Under the pieces are notes generated by a model, which was given only the letters and a program-made list of their open reading frames with translations, did not search any database and was not told the origin of the DNA. A program made the translations under genes and the position numbers. Below are positions 1 to 7,348 of a DNA stretch of 45,431 nucleotides, piece by piece. The DNA comes from an uncultured Gammaproteobacteria bacterium (lineage in GTDB: Bacteria > Patescibacteriota > Patescibacteriia > Patescibacteriales > UBA12465). The stretch is taken from positions 1-45,431 of the forward strand of contig CAZSRC010000002.1 of the NCBI GenBank assembly GCA_964609365.1. Direction: 5' to 3'. The stretch's first letter is position 1, and each line of letters begins with the position of its first letter.

Positions 1-50
1 GCGACTGTCTTGTAAACAGTAGGTCGTCGGTTCGAACCCGACAGGCGGCT
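1..50 (+). tRNA. tRNA-Thr (anticodon UGU), 3' portion only; the 5' part lies outside the window
   Basis: Anticodon stem ACTGT (4-8) pairs with ACAGT (16-20) around the 7-nt loop CTTGTAA, giving anticodon TGT (11-13). The T arm is GTCGG-TTCGAAC-CCGAC (26-42). The acceptor 3' strand AGGCGGC is followed by discriminator T. No CCA is encoded. Confidence 0.8.
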
Positions 51-56
51 CAGAAA

Positions 57-82
57 AAAACGTTTTTTAAAACGTTTTTTTT
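57..82 (+). terminator. Weak AT-rich hairpin plus T-tract downstream of the tRNA
   Basis: AAAACGTT (57-64) pairs with AACGTTTT (71-78) around a 6-nt loop, followed by TTTT. Only 2 G:C pairs, so it is marginal. Confidence 0.3.
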
Positions 83-84
83 GT

Positions 85-113
85 TTGAAGATTTTAATTA
101 TTGTTGTTATAAT
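85..113 (+). promoter_or_regulatory. Sigma70-like promoter for the mtaB-like gene
   Basis: TTGAAG (85-90), 17-nt spacer, TATAAT (108-113), about 25 nt upstream of the ATG at 139. AT-rich background raises the false-positive risk. Confidence 0.45.
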
Positions 114-138
114 TATAGTAAAATATTTTTAATTTAAT

Positions 139-1434
139 ATGTTAAAAAATAAAAAAATAAAGTTTAAAATTTATACCTTAGGCTGTAAGGTTAATCAATA
201 CGATTCAGCGGCTATAAGTAGTTTATTAATAGAGTCTGGCTTGTCATTATCAGAGAAGAATTTGGATTTAATAATTATAAATTCTTGCTCGGTAACTAAA
301 ATAGCGATAACAAAGGCCAAGAGAATGATAGCTTCTCTAAAAAGAGCTAAGCCCTCTGCCAAGATTGTTTTAATTGGTTGTTGGCCAAAGGTGTATAAGA
401 TGAAAAATATTGAAAATACCGACTTAGTGTCCTTTTCTAAAAAATATTCAGAAATAGTTTCTGATATTAAATCAGTTTTCCCTAAATTTTTTTTAGAAAA
501 AAATATAATAAAAAACAAAAAAATTAACTGCCTTAATCCAATCGAGGACAGGAGTAGATATTTTATTAAAATTCAAGATGGTTGTCAGCAGTTTTGTTCT
601 TATTGTGTAATACCATTGGCCAGGGGCCCACTTAAAAGTCGCCCTGAAAAAGAGCTTATTAATGAGATTAAAGATGCTTTAGAAAATGGCTTTGAAGAGA
701 TTGTTTTATCTGGCATTCATTTAGGTTTGTATGGTCAAGATTTTTTGAATAAAAAAAATAATTTATATCAATTACTTTTAAAGCTTTTAAAAATTGAAAA
801 GTTGGGCAGGATTAGACTTAGCTCTATCGAATTAAATGAGATTAGTGATGATATTATCAGATTAATTTCTACTAATGAAAAAATGTGTCGTCATTTACAC
901 ATCCCGCTACAATCAGCAAGCGATAAGGTTTTAAAATTAATGAATAGACCTTACAATAAAAAGTATTTTATTGAGAGGTTAAAAAAAATCAGAAAAGAAA
1001 ATTCAGGAATAGCTATAAGCACTGATGTTATTGTTGGTTTTCCAGGGGAAAGTGATTATGATTTTCAGGAGACATATGATTTTTGTAAATATTTAGAGTT
1101 TTCCAAGATCCATGTTTTTTCTTTTTCTGCTCATGAAAAAGCAGCGGCTTTTCATTTTCCTGACAAGGTTGATTCTTTAAAAATAAAGCAAAGATCGTCA
1201 AGACTTAGAGAACTTTCTTCTGTTTTGGAAAAAAAATTTAAAAATGCGACCTTAAAGAATAATAAAAATTTAAAAGTTTTAATAGAGTCGTTTAATGAAA
1301 AAAATATTAAACTCAAGAGTGAGTATTATTTTGACATTATTTTAGATAAAGAGAAGTTTTTAAAAAAATTTTGTGATTGCCGAAAAGTTAAAAAAGATTT
1401 ACTACTTGGGAAAATTATTGATTATAAAATTTAA
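139..1434 (+). CDS. mtaB: MiaB/MtaB-family radical-SAM tRNA methylthiotransferase
   Basis: Radical-SAM CxxxCxxC motif (IQDGCQQFCSYC). N-terminal MTTase cysteines (YTLGCKVNQYDS, NSCSVT, IGCW). The C-terminal part is TRAM-like. The length of 431 aa is typical. Confidence 0.8.
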   Translation: MLKNKKIKFKIYTLGCKVNQYDSAAISSLLIESGLSLSEKNLDLIIINSCSVTKIAITKAKRMIASLKRAKPSAKIVLIGCWPKVYKMKNIENTDLVSFSKKYSEIVSDIKSVFPKFFLEKNIIKNKKINCLNPIEDRSRYFIKIQDGCQQFCSYCVIPLARGPLKSRPEKELINEIKDALENGFEEIVLSGIHLGLYGQDFLNKKNNLYQLLLKLLKIEKLGRIRLSSIELNEISDDIIRLISTNEKMCRHLHIPLQSASDKVLKLMNRPYNKKYFIERLKKIRKENSGIAISTDVIVGFPGESDYDFQETYDFCKYLEFSKIHVFSFSAHEKAAAFHFPDKVDSLKIKQRSSRLRELSSVLEKKFKNATLKNNKNLKVLIESFNEKNIKLKSEYYFDIILDKEKFLKKFCDCRKVKKDLLLGKIIDYKI

Positions 1435-1535
1435 ATTATTTTATTATAATTTTATATATTTTTTATTTTTTCACATAGATCATTTTTCTATAATTAATTA
1501 AATTTTTTTAATAATTTATTTAATTATTGGTTATT

Positions 1536-2516
1536 ATGAGTACTTGTAATTATTTTAGATTTTTTCTTGCTCTATCCCTGATTAATTTTATTATTTTTTC
1601 TAGTTTATTTTTTTGTATTTTTTATAAAAATGAAAGTAGGCAGGGCTTCTATCTTCTAGTTCTTATTTTATTGATTTGCTTTTTTTCAATAAATTTTTTA
1701 TTAGTTTATTTTTGGGCAAAACTTATAGATTATAATAATAAAAGTAAAAAAATTAAATCTAAATGCGATCTCGAGATTAGTAGTTATCTAGACAATTTAT
1801 CTGAAAAAAATAAATTAGTTAAGGCAGCTAAAGCTTCTCTTGGTGTTTATCATGATTTGGCCAATATTTTAACAGCATCTAATTTTGCTATAAACAATGC
1901 TATTTCTGAATCAGCAGAGAATAAGGGGCTCAGTATTTTTCTGAAGAGAATTAGTAATATTAACGAAAGGGCCAATTACTTAATTGGCTCTTTTAAGAGA
2001 CAATTTAATCAAGAGGGTTTTTATTCTTATTTTTCCCCAGCCTCTGAAATAAAGGCTTGTTTAAATATTTTTAATTTTTATTTTATTAAAAATAAAATAA
2101 ATGTTAAAACTAATTTAAATAAAAAAATTTTAATTTTTGGTGACCCTGTAAAATTTTCTCAAATAATTATTAATTTACTTGATAACTCAATTGATTCTTT
2201 TGATTGTAATCAAAGGAATAGAAATATTTTTATTTCTTTTAAAGCTTTAGGCCCCTTAGATGATTTGAGCCTTTGTGATTTAGAATTATTTTTTAGGGAT
2301 TCCGGGAGGGGGATTTGCGAAGATTATTTAAAAAATGTTTTTGAACCATTTTTTTCCTCCAAAAAAGATTCTAGTTCTTGTCATTGTGGGGTCGGTTTGA
2401 CATTGATTAAAAAAATAGTAGAGGAAGATTTCTCCGGAAGGGTTCATCTAAGTAGTTCTTTGGGAGAGGGGACTAAATTTAAATTATTTTTTCCAAAAAT
2501 AAAAAAACAGCCTTAA
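1536..2516 (+). CDS. Membrane-anchored sensor histidine kinase (orphan)
   Basis: Two N-terminal hydrophobic helices. H-box LGVYHDLANIL, N-box IINLLDNSIDS, G1 RDSGRGI, F FEPFFS, G2 GVGLTLIKK. ATG at 1536 is preferred over the TTG at 1527 used by the ORF track. Confidence 0.8.
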   Translation: MSTCNYFRFFLALSLINFIIFSSLFFCIFYKNESRQGFYLLVLILLICFFSINFLLVYFWAKLIDYNNKSKKIKSKCDLEISSYLDNLSEKNKLVKAAKASLGVYHDLANILTASNFAINNAISESAENKGLSIFLKRISNINERANYLIGSFKRQFNQEGFYSYFSPASEIKACLNIFNFYFIKNKINVKTNLNKKILIFGDPVKFSQIIINLLDNSIDSFDCNQRNRNIFISFKALGPLDDLSLCDLELFFRDSGRGICEDYLKNVFEPFFSSKKDSSSCHCGVGLTLIKKIVEEDFSGRVHLSSSLGEGTKFKLFFPKIKKQP

Positions 2517-2619
2517 TTTATTCTTTGCAACATATTAATTTTTTTGTATTTTTATGACTAATTGTATTTTTTGTCTTTTTTAGTTATAATTAATAAAGTT
2601 TATAATTAATTTTAAAAAA

Positions 2620-3186
2620 ATGTCTACAACACTTTGGATTGTTTTAATTATCTTGCTTATTTTGGTTATCACCATTATTTCAATGTATAATGGTCTTATT
2701 CGCTTAAAAAATAGGGTAGATGAAGCTTGGAGTGACATAGATGTTCAATTAAAAAGGAGATATGATTTGATTCCTAATTTAGTTGAAACTGTCAAAGCTT
2801 ATGCTTCTCATGAAAAGGAAACTTTAGAGAAAGTTATAAAAGCTAGAAACGATGCAATGTTAATGCAAAATAGCTCAGATGTTGACGCTAAGTTAAAGGC
2901 TGAAAACGAGCTTTCAGGAACCCTAAAGTCAATATTTGCTCTTAGCGAAAGTTACCCAGATTTAAAGGCAAACCAAAATTTCCTAGAATTACAAAGGGAA
3001 TTATCTGATACTGAGAATAAAATTCAAGCCTCTCGTCGTTTTTATAATTCTAATGTTCGAGATTTTAATACCAAGATTCAAGTTTTCCCAACAAATATAA
3101 TATCTAAACAATTAGGATTTTCTTCCAGAAACTTTTTTGAATTAGAGGATGTTTCTCAAAGAGAGAATATCAAACTTGGTTTTTAG
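2620..3186 (+). CDS. lemA: LemA family membrane protein
   Basis: N-terminal TM helix followed by YNGLIRLKNRVDEAWSDIDVQLKRRYDLIPNLV, a typical LemA signature region. 188 aa. Confidence 0.85.
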   Translation: MSTTLWIVLIILLILVITIISMYNGLIRLKNRVDEAWSDIDVQLKRRYDLIPNLVETVKAYASHEKETLEKVIKARNDAMLMQNSSDVDAKLKAENELSGTLKSIFALSESYPDLKANQNFLELQRELSDTENKIQASRRFYNSNVRDFNTKIQVFPTNIISKQLGFSSRNFFELEDVSQRENIKLGF

Positions 3187-3207
3187 TTTATTTTTAAATA
3201 TAAATTT

Positions 3208-3360
3208 ATGGGAAGTGCGAATGTTTTAGGCATGGACTTTGCTCCGCAAGCAAATAATGTTTCTGGAGCTGAGACATCTTCTGTTTTTTGGCCAGTTGTT
3301 GCTATAGTTTTAATTGCTGGACTAATTGCCTTTATTGTTTACAAAAATTTTCTTGAATAA
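3208..3360 (+). CDS. Small (50 aa) single-pass membrane protein, absent from the ORF track
   Basis: My own translation is MGSANVLGMDFAPQANNVSGAETSSVFWPVVAIVLIAGLIAFIVYKNFLE. It has a clean C-terminal TM helix. The ORF fills most of the otherwise unexplained 226-nt LemA-HtpX gap. The region looks less AT-rich than true spacers. Confidence 0.55.
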   Translation: MGSANVLGMDFAPQANNVSGAETSSVFWPVVAIVLIAGLIAFIVYKNFLE

Positions 3361-3381
3361 AATTTAATAAATTTTAACTAC

Positions 3382-3408
3382 AATCACCTTGCTAAAGTTA
3401 AGGTGATT
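3382..3408 (+). promoter_or_regulatory. Perfect 9-bp hairpin that sequesters the SD-like motif of htpX
   Basis: AATCACCTT (3382-3390) pairs with AAGGTGATT (3400-3408) around a 9-nt loop. The 3' arm contains AAGGTGA, 6 nt upstream of GTG 3413 and 12 nt upstream of ATG 3419. No T-tract follows. Confidence 0.5.
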
Positions 3409-3412
3409 TAAT

Positions 3413-4327
3413 GTGTCTATGACTCTATATAATAATAGTGATAAAAATAAAAGAAAAACTTGGTTTTTATTTAGTGGCTTTTTTGTTTTTACTATCTTAA
3501 TAGGATATTTTTTTTCTTTAGCTTTTAATGATTCTGTTGTTTTATATTTTTTTGTTTTTTTTAGTATAATATCCGCTTTAATTTCTTACTGGTTTAGTGA
3601 TAAAATAGTTTTAAGTATGAGTGGGGCTCATGAATTAAAATTTGAGGATAATAAAGAAATTTATCGTTTAGTTGAAAATTTATGCATCTCTATCGGATTA
3701 CCTTTACCAAAGATATATTTAATTAATGATCCAGCTCCCAACGCTTTTGCTACCGGAAGAAATCCAAAAAATGGAGTAATTGCTTTAACCTCTGGGCTCT
3801 TAAATAAGCTTGATAAGTCTGAGATTGAAGGTGTTATAGCACATGAGTTATCACATATCAAAAATTATGACATCTTAATTGCTACTCTCACTACAATAAT
3901 GGTTGGAATAATAGTTCTTTTAGCCGATTGGTTTAGACATTGGGCCTTTTTTTCTAACAGGAATTCAAATAGTGAAAATAATAAAGGGCAACTACAATTA
4001 ATTATAATAGTTGTTGCAATAATTTTATCAATTTTAGCTCCAATTTTTGCTTACATGATGCAGTTTGCTATTTCTAGAAAAAGAGAGTTTTTGGCCGATG
4101 CTGATGGTGCTTTAATAACTAGATATCCGGAAGGATTGGCAAATGCTTTAGAAAAAATATCTTCAGATCCCAACGATTTGAAGTTTGCTAATAGAGCAAC
4201 TGCGCACTTATATATAAGCTCACCATTAAAAAGTAAAAATAAAAGATCTTTTTTGAGCAAGGCTTTTATGACTCATCCTCCAGTAGAGGAGAGAATTAAA
4301 GCTTTAAGGAGTTTAGATTTAAAATAA
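3413..4327 (+). CDS. htpX: HtpX-type M48 zinc metalloprotease
   Basis: HExxH motif (AHELSHIKNYD), four hydrophobic segments, C-terminal THPPVEERI. The start is either GTG 3413 (6 nt after the SD) or ATG 3419. Confidence 0.9.
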   Translation: MSMTLYNNSDKNKRKTWFLFSGFFVFTILIGYFFSLAFNDSVVLYFFVFFSIISALISYWFSDKIVLSMSGAHELKFEDNKEIYRLVENLCISIGLPLPKIYLINDPAPNAFATGRNPKNGVIALTSGLLNKLDKSEIEGVIAHELSHIKNYDILIATLTTIMVGIIVLLADWFRHWAFFSNRNSNSENNKGQLQLIIIVVAIILSILAPIFAYMMQFAISRKREFLADADGALITRYPEGLANALEKISSDPNDLKFANRATAHLYISSPLKSKNKRSFLSKAFMTHPPVEERIKALRSLDLK

Positions 4328-4354
4328 AATTATAAAAAATTAAAATAAAAACTT

Positions 4355-5404
4355 ATGAATGCTAAAATAATAGCAACAATTGGGCCAAAATCTGAAGATT
4401 ATAGTGTTTTAAAATCATTGGCTGTAAATGGAATGGCAATGATTCGTTTAAATTTTTCTCATGCTAATTATGATCAGTATCATAAAATAAAAGAAAATAT
4501 CGATAAAATTAATCAAGAATTAAATTTAAAAATTAAAATTATTTTTGATTTACAGGGTCCAAGAATTAGAGTTGGAAAATTAAAACATGAAACCCAAATT
4601 TTAGAAGGTGAAACTTATTCATTTTTACATAATAAGGGCAATATTGATAATTTTGAAATACCAATTGATGATGGTGAGTTGATCAATGATTTAAAAATTG
4701 GCGATCCAGTTTATTTAGATAATGGCTTGATTGAATTAAAAGTTGTTGATATTGATTTAATCAAGGGTAAATTTAAAGCAGTAGCAGAAAGAGGTGGACT
4801 ACTTTTATCTCGTAAGGGTATAAATGTTCCAAAGACAATATTAAATAGAGACATATTAACACCTAAGGATTTGTTAGATATTGAATTTGCCAAAAAAGTT
4901 AAACCAGATTTTGTTGCTATTTCTTTTGTTCAAAGTGCGGAAAATGTTTTAGAGGTTAAAAAATTTATCAATAATGAAGATATTAAAATAATATCAAAAA
5001 TTGAAAGAGGTATCGCTCTGGAAAATATCGATGGAATTATAAGAAATTCTGATTGTATAATGATTGCTAGAGGTGATTTAGGTATAGAAATACCAATAGA
5101 AGATTTACCTATAGTCCAAAAAAATTTAATTAGACATGCACATTGGCACGATAAGGCGACTATTGTAGCAACTCAAATGATGGCCTCTATGATAGACCAT
5201 TATCGTCCAACTCGAGCAGAGGCTAGCGATGTTGCTAATGCCATTTTTGATGGTGCTGATGCTTTAATGCTTTCTGATGAAACTGCTGTTGGGGCTTACC
5301 CTACTGAAACTGTTAGTATTATGAACAGAATCATAAAAAGAACTGATCAATATTTTAGTCATAGAAATTATTTTGACAATTCAAGTATAATTTATAAAAA
5401 ATAA
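4355..5404 (+). CDS. pyk: Pyruvate kinase, short form lacking the C-terminal domain
   Basis: KIIATIGPKS, NFSHA, MIARGDLGIEIP and MLSDETAVGAYP motifs. The protein ends after the A-domain barrel at 349 aa, and the next gene starts 10 nt later. Confidence 0.85.
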   Translation: MNAKIIATIGPKSEDYSVLKSLAVNGMAMIRLNFSHANYDQYHKIKENIDKINQELNLKIKIIFDLQGPRIRVGKLKHETQILEGETYSFLHNKGNIDNFEIPIDDGELINDLKIGDPVYLDNGLIELKVVDIDLIKGKFKAVAERGGLLLSRKGINVPKTILNRDILTPKDLLDIEFAKKVKPDFVAISFVQSAENVLEVKKFINNEDIKIISKIERGIALENIDGIIRNSDCIMIARGDLGIEIPIEDLPIVQKNLIRHAHWHDKATIVATQMMASMIDHYRPTRAEASDVANAIFDGADALMLSDETAVGAYPTETVSIMNRIIKRTDQYFSHRNYFDNSSIIYKK

Positions 5405-5413
5405 TTTTTTAAA

Positions 5414-6646
5414 ATGAAAAAATTAGAATTATTAGCGCCAGCGGGTAATTTTTTAAAAATGCAAACAGCTATAACTCATGGGGCTGATGCAATTTATTTA
5501 GGTATCCCAGATTTTTCACTAAGAGTTAGAATTAATGATTTTGATTTAAATTCTTTGGCTAGAGCTATTTCCTATGCTCATTCTAAAAATAAAAAAGTTT
5601 ATGTTACTATAAATATTTTTGCTCACAACCATCATATTGACAAACTACCAAAATATTTAAAATTATTAAATAAATTATTACCAGATGCTTTAATAATTTC
5701 TGATCCAGGGATATTATCATTAGTAAAAAAATATTGTCCCCAAATTGATGTTCATTTATCAACTCAAGCTAATTGTACTAATTATGAGGCAGTTAAATTT
5801 TGGCAGAAACAAGGGGTCAAGAGAATAATCTTGGGACGAGAAACCACCCTGGAAGAGATAAAAAAAATTCATCAAAAATGTCCTAAGATAGAGCTGGAAT
5901 ATTTTGTTCATGGGGCAATGTGTATGTCTTATTCCGGTAGATGTTTTTTGTCAAAAGATTTTGTTAATCGTAGCGCTAATTTAGGTGATTGCTCTCAGCC
6001 TTGTCGATGGGAGTACGATGTTTTTATCAAAGCCAAGGGTCATGAGCAGGAGTTAGAGTTGGTACAAGAAAATCATGGCTCTTATTTGCTTAATTCCAAG
6101 GATTTATGTTTAATAAAAAATCTCCCAGAATTAATAAAAGCTGGTATTACTAGCTTTAAAATTGAGGGAAGAGCCAAGAGTGTTTATTATTTAGCAAATA
6201 TTGTTGGAATTTATAAAAAAGCTTTATTAGACTCAAAAAAGATTAATTTTTTATATAAAGAATTAATAAGCAAAGTAACTCATAGAGGTTATACTACTGG
6301 ATTTTTATTAAATAAAAAAGGGGAGCAGAATACTATTAATTCTCATTTTTTATCAGATTGGGAGTTTTGCGGCCAAGTTCTTGAAAATAAAAGCAAAAAA
6401 GAAAAAAATAAATATATTAATATTATTAAAATTAAAGTTCATAATACTATTAAGCTCGGAGATAAAATTGAGATAATTATGCCAAATTATGATATAATAA
6501 AACTAGACTTAAAAGAAATAATTGATTTTCAGAGTAGTCAAAATATTCAAGAAGCTCATGGTGGTGGTGGCAGTCAAGAGGTGTTATTAAAGGTTATTAG
6601 TATTATTAAAATACCCGAGTTATCGGTTTTAAGAAGAAAGTTATAA
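5414..6646 (+). CDS. Peptidase U32 family protein (TrhP/RlhA-like)
   Basis: U32 signature EYFVHGAMCMSYSGRCFLS. N-terminal LELLAPAGN. 410 aa. Confidence 0.85.
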   Translation: MKKLELLAPAGNFLKMQTAITHGADAIYLGIPDFSLRVRINDFDLNSLARAISYAHSKNKKVYVTINIFAHNHHIDKLPKYLKLLNKLLPDALIISDPGILSLVKKYCPQIDVHLSTQANCTNYEAVKFWQKQGVKRIILGRETTLEEIKKIHQKCPKIELEYFVHGAMCMSYSGRCFLSKDFVNRSANLGDCSQPCRWEYDVFIKAKGHEQELELVQENHGSYLLNSKDLCLIKNLPELIKAGITSFKIEGRAKSVYYLANIVGIYKKALLDSKKINFLYKELISKVTHRGYTTGFLLNKKGEQNTINSHFLSDWEFCGQVLENKSKKEKNKYINIIKIKVHNTIKLGDKIEIIMPNYDIIKLDLKEIIDFQSSQNIQEAHGGGGSQEVLLKVISIIKIPELSVLRRKL

Positions 6647-6650
6647 AATT

Positions 6651-7223
6651 ATGATTTCATATTTAAAGGGGAGGATTATTTATAAGTTAAAAAATAATAT
6701 TGTTCTAGAGATAAACAATGTAGGATATACTGTTTTTGTTAGTGATAATTTTTTAAATGAATTAAAAGTTGACCAAATAGTAGAAGTTTTTACTCATCAG
6801 CATGTCAAAGAGGATGCCCTAGATTTATACGGCTTTAAAAGCTTAGAAGAATTAGAGTTTTTTAAGTTACTTATTTCCATTTCTGGTGTTGGCCCAAAGT
6901 CGGCCTTATCAGTTTTAGCTATAGCTAATTTATCTGATATTAAAGATTCTATTGTTCGAGAAGATTCTCATCTTTTAACTAAAGTTTCTGGTATTGGTAA
7001 AAAAACAGCTGAAAGAGTGGTTTTAGAATTAAAGGATAAATTATTTAAAATGGGAGGGGATTATGATTTGTCAGAAAGCAGTTTTTCTGGAGATGAAATT
7101 GATGCTTTAATGGCCCTAGGTTATTCGATGCCTAAGGCTCGAGAGGCCTTAAAACAGGTTGATAATGATATTTTAGATAGTGCTGAAAGAATTCGTCAAG
7201 CCCTGAAGAAGATGTCAAAATAA
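6651..7223 (+). CDS. ruvA: Holliday junction branch-migration protein RuvA
   Basis: N-terminal MISYLKGRI OB domain. Two HhH motifs (ISGVGPKSAL, VSGIGKKTAERV). C-terminal domain III is ALMALGYS. Confidence 0.9.
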   Translation: MISYLKGRIIYKLKNNIVLEINNVGYTVFVSDNFLNELKVDQIVEVFTHQHVKEDALDLYGFKSLEELEFFKLLISISGVGPKSALSVLAIANLSDIKDSIVREDSHLLTKVSGIGKKTAERVVLELKDKLFKMGGDYDLSESSFSGDEIDALMALGYSMPKAREALKQVDNDILDSAERIRQALKKMSK

Positions 7224-7244
7224 AAAAAATAATATATTTTTTGA

Positions 7245-7277
7245 AAAATGCTTAGTATTTACAAAAGCATTTTTTTT
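7245..7277 (+). terminator. Rho-independent terminator after ruvA
   Basis: AAAATGCTT (7245-7253) pairs with AAGCATTTT (7265-7273) around an 11-nt loop, followed by a T run to about 7277. Confidence 0.6.
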
Positions 7278-7348
7278 AGTTATAGTAATAATATCAAATT
7301 TTCTTGTTTTTAGATAATAAAAACAAATTTTTTTGTTGAAAAATATAT

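Noticed and set aside
1-138. tRNA-Thr as an integration hotspot for a genomic island.
   Set aside because: There is no integrase, no direct repeat of the tRNA 3' end and no phage or mobile genes downstream. The flanking genes are housekeeping.
195-518. Antisense or alternative-frame ORFs from the track. These are 195-518, 3661-3861, 4051-4260, 4711-4893, 8138-8320, 11466-11747, 18579-18761, 20279-20464, 21338-21544, 22302-22562, 22919-23116, 28274-28561, 28775-29074, 29293-29556, 30366-30602, 33343-33549, 33829-34062, 35976-36185, 41215-41445, 42465-42668, 43220-43615 and 44453-44662.
   Set aside because: Each lies entirely inside, or largely overlaps, a longer ORF with clear homology-type motifs on the other strand or frame. 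Their translations are Phe/Leu/Ile/Ser-rich low-complexity strings, as expected from reading Lys/Glu/Asn-rich AT-rich genes in antisense.
7224-7348. T-box riboswitch upstream of proS; the same question applies to hisS and alaS.
   Set aside because: The leaders are at most about 125 nt (proS), 7 nt (hisS) and 13 nt (alaS), far shorter than a T-box. I saw no specifier loop or T-box sequence.
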